A DNA stretch of 64,000 nucleotides from Macrostomum lignano. Taxonomy: Eukaryota. The notes under the pieces are model-generated. The model ran no database searches. It was not told where the DNA came from and saw only the letters and a program-made list of their open reading frames with translations. Position numbers and translations under genes: made by a program. Numbering within the stretch: position 1 is the stretch's first letter; the number at the start of each line of letters is the position of its first letter. Below are positions 47,780 through 57,800 of this stretch, piece by piece. Where the stretch lies: the NCBI GenBank assembly GCA_002269645.1, contig NIVC01000573.1, positions 1 to 64,000 of the forward strand. Reading direction: 5' to 3'.

Positions 47780-49200
47780 CGTAGAGTCCCACACCATAGA
47801 GTCCCACACCATAGAGTCCCACACCATAGAGTCCCACACCATAGAGTCCCACACCATAGAGTCCCACACCATAGTCCCACATCATAGAGTCCCACACCAT
47901 AGAGTCCCACACCATAGAGTCCCACACCATAGAGTCCCACACCATAGTCCCACATCATAGAGTGCCACACCATAGAGACCCACACCATAGAGTCCCACAC
48001 CATAGAGTCCCACACCATAGAGTCCCGCACCATAGAGTCCCACATCATAGAGTCCCACACCATAGAGTAAAGCACCATAGAGTCCCACACCATAGAGTCC
48101 CACACCATAGAGTCCAACACCATAGAGTCCCACACCATAGAGTCCCGCACCATAGAGTCCCACACCAAAGAGTCCCACACCATAGAGTCCCACACCATAG
48201 AGTCCCACACCATAGAGACCCACATCATAGAGTCCCACACCATAGAGTCCCACACCATAGAGTCCCACACCATAGAGTCCACACCATAGAGTCCAACACC
48301 ATAGAGTCCCACACCATAGTCTCACATCATAGAGTCCCACACCATAGAGTCCCACACCATAGAGTCCCACACCATAGTCCCACATCATAGAGTCCCACAT
48401 CATAGAGTCCCACACCATAGAGTCCCACACCATAGAGTCCCACACCATAGAGTCCCACACCATAGAGTCCCGCACCATAGAGTCCCACATCATAGAGTCC
48501 CACACCATAGAGTCCCACACCATAGAGTCCCGCACCATAGAGTCCCACACCATAGAGTCCCACACCATAGAGTCCCACACCATAGAGTCCCACACCATAG
48601 AGTCCCGCACCATAGAGCCACACCAAAGAGTCCCACACCATAGAGTCCCACATCATAGAGTCTCACACCATAGAGTCCCACACCATAGAGTCCCACATCA
48701 TAGAGTCCCACACCATAGAGTCCCACACCATAGAGTCCCACACCATAGAGTCCCACACCATAGAGTCCCGCACCATAGAGTCCCACACCATAGAGTCCAA
48801 CACCATAGAGTCCCACACCAAAGAGTCCCACACCATAGAGTCCCACATCATAGAGTCCCACACCATAGAGTCCCACACCATAGAGACCCACACCATAGAG
48901 TCCCACATCATAGAGTCCCACACCATAGAGTCCCACATCATAGAGTCCCACATCATAGAGTCCCACACCATAGAGTCCCACATCATAGAGTCCCACACCA
49001 TAGAGTCCCACACCATAGAGTCCCGCACCATAGAGTCCCACATCATAGAGTCCCACACCATAGAGTCCCACACCATAGAGTCCCGCACCATAGAGTCCCA
49101 CACCATAGAGTCCCACACCATAGAGTCCCACACCATAGAGACCCACACCATAGAGTCCCACACCATAGCTTCCCATACACTATCCCACAACAGAGTCCCA
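47780..49200. repeat. Minisatellite, 15 bp unit CCACACCATAGAGTC, about 95 copies
   Basis: Direct tandem copies with sporadic 1-2 bp deletions. Confidence 0.98.
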
Positions 49201-49709
49201 CTCACAGACCGAAGCGCTTGCTGCTTGATTTATTAAACAAAGTGCTCAAAACATCAGTTACATTACTAAACTGAATGAACTCTCCAGCCACCACTTGTGC
49301 CATATTTCCTACTAGTAAGTACATAACTGTCAGTAGTGTATCAGTTTATAAACTTATTTTTTGTTTCTTTGATTTTTCGGCATCGACTTTTTAAACGGTT
49401 AGTTTTATTACTCCAACGATGCGCGGTGATTATAGCTTTTGCCTGATCGCTAACTGACTTGACAGCCTACTTAATTGAAGCAATTAGCGCTTCCACTGCT
49501 GATATAAATTGTAGTTTGTACCTGTTTTTTACTTTTCTTTAAGTAGACTGCGCTTGACTGACTACTGACAGTAGCTAGCTACGGTGTACTGGGCTTATCG
49601 ACCTCTTGATCTCCGCTGTTTGATTGTGTGCAATACTGACCCATTGACCTACTAACGCTGACCCTCTCACCCATTGAATCACTAACTCTGACCCACTGAC
49701 CAATTGACC

Positions 49710-50280
49710 CACTGACACTGGCTCCTTGACTTACTGACACTGGCTCCTTGACTTACTGACACTGGCTCCTTGACTTACTGACACTGGCTCCTTGACTTAC
49801 TGACACTGGCTCCTTGACTTACTGACACTGGCTCCTTGACTTACTGACACTGGCTCCTTGACTTACTGACACTGGCTCCTTGACTTACTGACACTGGCTC
49901 CTTGACTTACTGACACTGGCTCCTTGACTTACTGACACTGGCTCCTTGACTTACTGACACTGGCTCCTTGACTTACTGACACTGGCTCCTTGACTTACTG
50001 ACACTGGCTCCTTGACTTACTGACACTGGCTCCTTGACTTACTGACACTGACCTATTGACCCACTGACACTGACCATTGACCCACTGACACTGACCCATT
50101 GACCCACTGACACTGGCCCATTGACCCACTGACACTGACCTATTGACCCACTGACACTGACCCATTGACCCACTGACACTGACCCATTGACCCACTGACA
50201 CTGACCCATTGACCCACTGACACTGACCCAGTGACCCACTGACACTGACCTATTGAACCCACTAACACGACCCAGTGAGC
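49710..50280. repeat. Two adjacent 22 bp minisatellites (ACTGACACTGGCTCCTTGACTT, then ACTGACACTGACCCATTGACCC)
   Basis: Period 22 (49741, 49763). The second block shares the ACTGACACTG..TTGAC skeleton. Confidence 0.95.
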
Positions 50281-50617
50281 CACAGAGCTAACAGTCTTTT
50301 ACCCTCTTATTTCAAGAGGGGGCGAACCTGTACTTTGTTTTTATACTTTTTATTTGCATATGGGCTGGCCGCCTGCACCCACAGAAGCGTTTCCTTATTT
50401 TAATAAATATTATTCCTGCAAGTCTGCCTTCACTTCCATTTTTGAAAACAGCTGCTCGCACTTGAGTGGCATCCAGTTGAGGGAAGTGCAGTTGCACCTT
50501 TAATAAACACATTATATTATATCCATTCAGTTTCTTGAACAAACTTTGCTCTAAAAGATATTGGCAGACTTGATCGTGCTTTTGATTTTTGTAATTTTAA
50601 TATTAGCTTCCGCGTCA

Positions 50618-51845
50618 GCCTACTGAAGGAGTCATCAGCAGGTATCTTCAGCCTACTGAAGGGTCATCAGCAGGTATCTTCAGCCTACTGAAGGGTCATC
50701 AGCAGGTATCTTCAGCCTACTGAAGGAGTCATCAGCAGGTATCTTCAGCCTACTGAAGGAGTCATCAGCAGGTATCTTCAGCCTACTGAAGGGTCATCAG
50801 CAGGTATCTTCAGCCTACTGAAGGAGTCATCAGCAGGTATCTTCAGCCTACTGAAGGGTCATCAGCAGGTATCTTCAGCCTACTGAAGGGTCATCAGCAG
50901 GTATCTTCAGCCTACTGAAGGAGTCATCAGCAGGTATCTTCAGCCTACTGAAGGAGTCATCAGCAGGTATCTTCAGCCTACTGAAGGGTCATCAGCAGGT
51001 ATCTTCAGCCTACTGAAGGAGTCATCAGCAGGTATCTTCAGCCTACTGAAGGAGTCATCAGCAGGTATCTTCAGCCTACTGAAGGAGTCATCAGCAGGTA
51101 TCTTCAGCCTACTGAAGGAGTCATCAGCAGGTATCTTCAGCCTACTGAAGGAGTCATCAGCAGGTATCTTCAGCCTACTGAAGGAGTCATCAGCAGGTAT
51201 CTTCAGCCTACTGAAGGAGTCATCAGCAGGTATCTTCAGCCTACTGAAGGAGTCATCAGCAGGTATCTTCAGCCTACTGAAGGAGTCATCAGCAGGTATC
51301 TTCAGCCTACTGAAAGAGGAGTCATCAGCAGGTATCTTCAGCCTACTGAAGGAGTCATCTGCAGGTATCTTCAGCCTACTGAAGGAGTCATCAGCAGGTA
51401 TCTTCAGCCTACTGAAGGAGTCATCAGCAGGTATCTTCAGCCTACTGAAGGAGTCATCAGCAGGTATCTTCAGCCTACTGAAGGAGTCATCAGCAGGTAT
51501 CTTCAGCCTACTGAAGGAGTCATCAGCAGGTATCTTCAGCCTACTGAAGGAGTCATCAGCAGGTATCTTCAGCCTACTGAAGGAGTCATCAGCAGGTATC
51601 TTCAGCCTACTGAAGGAGTCATCAGCAGGTATCTTCAGCCTACTGAAGGAGTCATCAGCAGGTATCTTCAGCCTACTGAAGGAGTCATCAGCAGGTATCT
51701 TCAGCCTACTGAAGGAGTCATCAGCAGGTATCTTCAGCCTACTGAAGGAGTCATCAGCAGGTATCTTCAGCCTACTGAAAGAGGAGTCATCAGCAGGTAT
51801 CTTCAGCCTACTGAAGGAGTCATCAGCGGGTAGCTTCAGCCTACT
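50618..51845. repeat. Minisatellite, 33 bp unit CTTCAGCCTACTGAAGGAGTCATCAGCAGGTAT, about 37 copies
   Basis: Period 33 (51061, 51094). Each unit contains the inverted repeat CTTCAG-CCTA-CTGAAG. Confidence 0.97.
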
Positions 51846-51906
51846 AAAGCCAGTGAGTGCCGTTACTGTCTCTTAAGCACAGCCGCAGCTCGTTTCCTGA
51901 CTGAAG

Positions 51907-52690
51907 TCAGGCTCTGTCGCATTCGTGGGACCCGACTGGCGCCACCAGGACCCGACCGTGCGACTCGGCCGAGTTGCCGCCGCTGGTGGCGTTGCAGCGA
52001 CCGCCGGCGCAGAAGGAGCCGCCGCCGCCTCCCGCCTGGCCGCTGTCGAAGCCGCCGCTGAAGCCGCCGCCGCTAGCGCCGACAGAGGATGTCGTCTGGA
52101 ATCCGCCGCCTCCACCGCCGAAGCCCCGGTGTTGCCGCCGCCGACCCAGCCGTCGCCGCGGTTTCCGCCGCCGAGTCCCCGGGCGCTCGAGCTGAGGACC
52201 CAGCCGGCCCAGGAAGTTCATGCCGGTGGAGTCGGTGCCGTTCGGTCCGCCCTGACCGTCGATGCCTGCGGTGGGTTGGGGGGGGGGGTTCGAGCACCGG
52301 TCCAGGCCCCTGCGCACACAGGTTGTTCAAGAACTCGCACGTGACCCTTGGCTGTTACCTGCAAAGTACACCGCTGCGCCTCCTCCGCCACCAGCAGCCA
52401 GGAGCAGCTCCGCCTCGGTGTACACGAAGGAGCCTCCGCCTCCGCTGGACACGCAGTTGTCAGAGCAGGCCGGGCTGGCATGCGAGCTGCTCCTGCCCCG
52501 CTGGCCAACAACAACGGTCAGCACGGTGCCGGCCGAGAGTTTGAAGAACCCGGCGATGCGGGCACCGCGACCTCCTTCGTACAGCTCTGGCTCGGGTCGA
52601 CGGTCTGGCAGTTGATGAAGCCGCCGCTGGCTCCGAGCGCTTCGATGCGGTAGCAGCCGGTCTGCGGCACGGCGGCGGCCTGCACGGACC
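51907..52690 (-). pseudogene. ALK/LTK-type glycine-rich domain gene with about 3 indels (pseudogene or assembly errors); exons about 52690..52359 and 52265..51907; 5' end unresolved
   Basis: Motif order VPQTGCYRIEALGASGG / GGRGARIAGFFKLSAGTVLTVVVGQRG / SSGGGGSFV..LLLAAGGGGG / GIDGQGG / AGW..GWVGG / GFGGGGG..GGGFSGG..GGGGGSF matches the Gly-rich domain of ALK/LTK. Intron GTAACA..CCGCAG (52358-52266) is phase 1. The motifs are split across reading frames. A candidate upstream donor G|GTAAGT lies at 53358/53357. Confidence 0.75.
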
Positions 52691-52935
52691 CTGCGGAACC
52701 TTCGTGCGGGTCTGCAGTGTCGGGGTGGGGCCGCACGGACCCTGCGGGACCATCGTGCGGGTCTGCAAAGTGTCGGGGTGGGGCCGCACGGACCCTGCGG
52801 AACCTTCGTGCGGGTCTGCAAAGTGTCGGGGTGGGGCCGCACGGACCCAACGGGACCATCGTGCGGGTCTGCAAAGTGTCGGGGTGGGGCCGCACGGACC
52901 CTGCGGAACCTTCGTGCGGGTCTGCAAAGTGTCGT
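52680..52935. repeat. 53 bp minisatellite containing copies of the adjacent 3' splice site
   Basis: Period 53 (52732, 52785, 52838, 52891). Confidence 0.92.
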
Positions 52936-53350
52936 GTGAGATGTGGCTATTGCTGCAGGTGCAGTGGGAGCTGAGGTGTCAGTTCGGGTTGGTGTGAGAT
53001 TTGGCTATTGCTGCAAGTGCAGTGGGAGCTGAGGTGCCAGTTCGGGTTGGTGTGAGATGTGGCTATTGCTGCAGGTGCAGTGGGAGCTGAGGTGTCAGTT
53101 CGGGTTGGTGTGAGATGTGGCTTTTGCTGCAGGTGCAGTGTGAGCTGAGGTGTTGGTGTGAGATGTGGCTTTTGCTGCAGGTGCAGTGGGAGCTGAGGTG
53201 TTGGTGTGAGATGTGGCTATTGCTGCAGGTGCAGTGGGAGCTGGGGTGTCAGTTCGGGTTGGTGTGAGATGTGGCTTTTGCTGCAGGTGCAGTGTGAGCT
53301 GAGGTGTTGGTGTGAGATGTGGCTTTTGCTGCAGGTGCAGTGTGAGCCGG
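52935..53350. repeat. 58/46 bp minisatellite (GAGATGTGGCTATTGCTGCAGGTGCAGTGGGAGCTGAGGTGT...)
   Basis: Period 58 (52938, 52996) with 12-bp-deleted variants. Confidence 0.92.
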
Positions 53351-53448
53351 GACTTACCTGCTGTACAGCACAGAATTTCAATTAAGATATTAAAAACACT
53401 TCTGTTGTGACGGGAGGGATCTGGCTGCTAGTTGTTCAACTACTGACA

Positions 53449-53702
53449 CTTGGGTTAGGGCTGGGTTTCTACTGACGCTTGGGTTAGGGCTGGGTTTCTA
53501 CTGACGCTTGGGTTAGGGCTGGGTTTCTACTGACGCTTGGGTTAGGGCTGGGTTTCTACTGACGCTTGGGTTAGGGCTGGGTTTCTACTGACGCTTGGGT
53601 TAGGGCTGGGTTTCTACTGACGCTTGGGTTAGGGCTGGGTTTCTACTGACGCTTGGGTTAGGACTGGGTTTCTACTGACGCTTGGGTTAGGACTGGGTTT
53701 CT
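53449..53702. repeat. 29 bp minisatellite CTGGGTTTCTACTGACGCTTGGGTTAGGG, about 9 copies
   Basis: Period 29 (53461, 53490); most units contain one TTAGGG. Confidence 0.95.
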
Positions 53703-54138
53703 GGCGGCATGTTTTCGCGTTTGTAGGGAACCCGGCCAGACGGACTTGTTGAACCTCGAGCCCCCCCCCCCTAATGATGCTGTCTGCCAGCAGCCAAAAT
53801 CAATTTAATTTATTAATTTCGAGATGACATTGGTAGTGACGCCTTAGTGACGGTAGTGTTGCCATCCGATTCGCATCTGCACTTTCATTGCCAGCTGGCT
53901 GAATGAGTCTTCCCACGCCTCCCACGCCTCCCACGCTCGCGCACGTGCACACAGAGTGGACGGCAATCCAGACTTCTCCTTGCCAAGCGTGTGTACTGCG
54001 CTACTCTGCGCCCTGCACGTGTGTTCGCCAGTAGTGCGCCTGAATCTCACGGGCACAGAGAAAGGTCGCGGGCACAGATCCATGCACGAGCGACAGGCTA
54101 TTGTGGACCAGGGAGTTAATTATTTCGTTATTTAATTC

Positions 54139-54139
<1 letters not shown>

Positions 54140-54216
<77 letters not shown>

Positions 54217-54230
54217 CAGTTAGTTAATTG

Positions 54231-54276
<46 letters not shown>

Positions 54277-54290
54277 CAGTTAGTTAATTG

Positions 54291-54334
<44 letters not shown>

Positions 54335-54361
54335 ATTAGTTAATTAGTTAGTTAGTTAGTC

Positions 54362-54404
<43 letters not shown>

Positions 54405-54445
54405 CAGTTAGTTAGTTAGTTAGTTAGTCAGTTAGTCAGTTAGTC

Positions 54446-54484
<39 letters not shown>

Positions 54485-54605
54485 CAGTTAGTAAGTTAGT
54501 CAGTTAGTTAGTTAGTCAGTTAGTTAATTGGTTAGTTAGTTAGTTAGTTAGTTAGTCAGTTAGTTAGTTAGTTAGTTAGTTAGTTAATTAGTTAGTTAGT
54601 TAGTC

Positions 54606-54660
<55 letters not shown>

Positions 54661-54674
54661 CAGTTAGTTAATTG

Positions 54675-54720
<46 letters not shown>

Positions 54721-54917
54721 CAGTTAGTTAGTTGGTTAGTCAGTTAGTTGATTGGTTAGTTAGTTAGTTAGTTAGTTAGTTTGTTAGGTAGTTAGTTAGT
54801 TAGTTAGTCAGTTAGTTAATTGGTTAGTTAGTTAGTTAGTTAGTTAGTTAGTCAGTTAGTTAGTTAGTTTGTTAGTTTGTTAGTTTGTTAGTTTGTTAGT
54901 TTGTTAGTTAGTCCGTC

Positions 54918-54948
<31 letters not shown>

Positions 54949-55057
54949 CAGTTAGTTAATTGGTTAGTTAGTTAGTTAGTTAGTTAGTTAGTCAGTTAGT
55001 TAGTTAGTTAGTTAGTTAGTTTGTTAGTTTGTTAATTTGTTAGTTTGTTAGTTAGTC

Positions 55058-55096
<39 letters not shown>

Positions 55097-55182
55097 CAGT
55101 TAGTTAGTTAGTCAGTTAGTTATTTGGTTAATTAGTTAGTTAGTTACTTAGTTTGTTAGTTAGTTAGTTAGTTAGTTAGTTG

Positions 55183-55216
<34 letters not shown>

Positions 55217-55242
55217 CAGTTAGTTAGTTAGTTAGTCAGTTG

Positions 55243-55280
<38 letters not shown>

Positions 55281-55309
55281 CAGTCAGTTAGTCAGTTAGT
55301 TAGTTAGTC

Positions 55310-55380
<71 letters not shown>

Positions 55381-55397
55381 CAGTTAGTTAGTTAGTC

Positions 55398-55440
<43 letters not shown>

Positions 55441-55545
55441 CAGTTAGTTAGTTAGTTAGTTAGTTAGTCAGTTAGTTAATTAGTCAGTTAGTTAGTTAGT
55501 TAGTTAGTTAGTTTGTTAGTTTGTTAGTTAGTTAGTTAGTTAGTC

Positions 55546-55604
<59 letters not shown>

Positions 55605-55605
55605 C

Positions 55606-55640
<35 letters not shown>

Positions 55641-55677
55641 CAGTTGGTTAGTTAGTTAGTTTGTTAGTTAGTCAGTC

Positions 55678-55716
<39 letters not shown>

Positions 55717-55757
55717 CAGTCAGTTGGTTAGTTAGTTAGTTAGTTAGTTAGTCAGTC

Positions 55758-55816
<59 letters not shown>

Positions 55817-55869
55817 CAGTTGGTTAGTTAGTTAGTTTGTTAGTTTGTTAGTTTGTTAGTTAGTCAGTC

Positions 55870-55904
<35 letters not shown>

Positions 55905-55947
55905 CAGTCAGTTAGTTAGTCAGTTAGTTAGTTACTTAGCTAGTTAC

Positions 55948-55980
<33 letters not shown>

Positions 55981-56078
55981 CAGTCAGTTAGTCAGTTAGT
56001 TAGTTAGTTAGTTAGTCAGTTAGTTAGTTAGTTAGTTAGTTAGTTTGTTAGTTAGTTAATTAGTTAGTTAGTTAGTTA
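54140..56078. repeat. (TTAG)n microsatellite, about 1.9 kb, with TCAG/TTTG/TTGG variants
   Basis: Direct reading. Confidence 0.99.
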
Positions 56079-57169
56079 GTGAATTCTGAGCTCTTGCCGA
56101 GTAAAATTAGTGGTGTGCAGCCCAGCATTGTGAAGGAAGCGAACGCAGTGGACGTGGAGACACTTTTTACCTTTTTGATGTCATCCATTGTTTACACTAT
56201 AAAAGTTAATCATGGTTGGTCTCTTACATCATTCAATAATAACATGATTTATAGTTTCAATTTTACTGCTACTGTCTGATTTACTCTACTTATAGTATCA
56301 TTTATGAGTAGGCAACAGCTAGCACGCTCGACGAAGTGCAGAGGGCCTCATGGAAGTGTTTAAACACTGCGCAAGAAAGCAGCGCGTGCTGCAGATAAGG
56401 TTCCATATTTAGGCTTCGTTCTGAGCAAACCCAGAGTCGTAGCGATGAAGGACAAGAACTTCAGAACAACAATTGTAGATTTTCCCACACCCTCAAAAAA
56501 ATGAAAAGGCATTGCAAAGATTTCGGAGAGCCGCGAAATTTTAACGCAGACACGTTGAGAATCTCAGCCGGATACAATAGCTGCACCCTCAGACAAGCCT
56601 TCACAGCTGAGTAGGTAGCGACCGTCTTTGTCCAGTGAGGAACTCTGGCTCTCACCTGGGGTGCGGGGGCCCAAAATTTCCCGTCGAGGGAAACTCATTG
56701 CAAATAAAGCGATGCATGGTTTCATTGACATCTGTTCTTCACTTACTTGCTTGTTTGTCTGTTGTAGGGAGCATTGAGAATAGGATTTCGGTTAGGTTAG
56801 GAGAGATGGCATGAGAAAATCAATAGGAGAAAAGATAAGAGGAGGGAAGAGAAGAGAGAAGCGGAAATACAGGGAGAGAGGAGAGGGCCGGGCCGGATTA
56901 TTATTATGAAGTTTTAAAAGAGATTAAACAAAAAAATAAATTCATATGTATGCATTATTCGTTCTTTTTATTGAAAATTCTGGTGTCTGGTTACGCAAAA
57001 ATACTGTTTAGGATAAAAGCGCTCATTTTTCAGCACAGAGTTTTCGGCAGAAGGAATTTTTTAACGAGGGAATTTTCACTAGGGGTATTCTCCTATTGAA
57101 TTTTTGCTGGGTGCCTTCTTGGGAGAGAATTCTCAGGGGCAATTTTTAGGATGATTTTCAGCTGGAGGT

Positions 57170-57410
57170 TTTTGGAGGGAATTGTAGAGAGGGAATTCTA
57201 GAGAGGGAGTTCTAGAAAGGGAATTCTAGAGAGGGAGTTCTAGAAAGGGAATTGTAGAGAGGGAATTCTAGAGAGGGAGTTCTAGAAAGGGAATTCTAGA
57301 GAGGGAGTTCTAGAAAGGGAATTGTAGAGGGAATTCTAGATAGGGAATTCTAGAGAGGGAGTTCTAGAAAGGGAATTCTAGAGAGGGAATTCTAGAAAGG
57401 GAATTCTCAG
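57170..57410. repeat. Degenerate GAGAGGGAATTCTA/GAAAGGGAATTCTA repeat within a wider GGGAATT-rich tract (about 57050-57800)
   Basis: Tandem 14-bp-like units, downstream of the CRT-like stop codon. Confidence 0.8.
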
Positions 57411-57800
57411 CATCGATTACGTTGCGCTTCAGGGAATTGTCTGCTCTTAGTTAGGGGAATTCTTGGGAGGGAATTATCCGGAGGGAATTGTCGGAAATGA
57501 ATTAGTTCTCATGAAGAAATTACTAGCAGACAGTTTCAACAGGGAATTCTCTCAAAGCAATGTCTCAGGGCTATTTCTTAGTAGGGAATCCCCAAGAAGA
57601 GAATTCTGCACAGGGAATTCCTGAAGAGAATTTGTGCAACGAATTCCCAGAAGAGAATTCTTTAGGCTGAATTGTCGGTAGGGAATTAATTCCCTGAGGC
57701 AATTTTCTGGGAGATATATCTGGGGGAATTTATGGGGTATTAAACACTGTTAACTCCGGTTAATAGAAGTGCATTAATTAACTCTAGGAGAATTCCCCAG

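Noticed and set aside
47730-49205. YGVGL/VWDSM repeat ORFs resembling Gly/Tyr-rich structural proteins
   Set aside because: A 15-bp array broken by indels into shifting frames, with no signal peptide or unique flanking coding sequence.
50618-51845. Hammerhead ribozyme array
   Set aside because: CTGATGA is present on the minus strand, but the GAAA and stem III/NUH arrangement is missing.
9788-53702. Regularly spaced 21-40 bp repeats as CRISPR arrays
   Set aside because: The units are head-to-tail with no unique spacers, there are no cas genes, and the context is eukaryotic.
53844-54083. 79-aa minus-strand ORF as the missing 5' end of the Gly-rich gene
   Set aside because: No signal peptide and no convincing donor that joins in frame to the downstream exons.
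54140-56078. (TTAG)n as a telomere
   Set aside because: It is internal, flanked by genes on both sides, and not the TTAGGG hexamer.
57050-57800. GGGAATT(C) motifs as NF-kB sites
   Set aside because: Better explained as a decayed repeat; few match the full GGGRNWYYCC consensus and the tract lies 3' of the gene.
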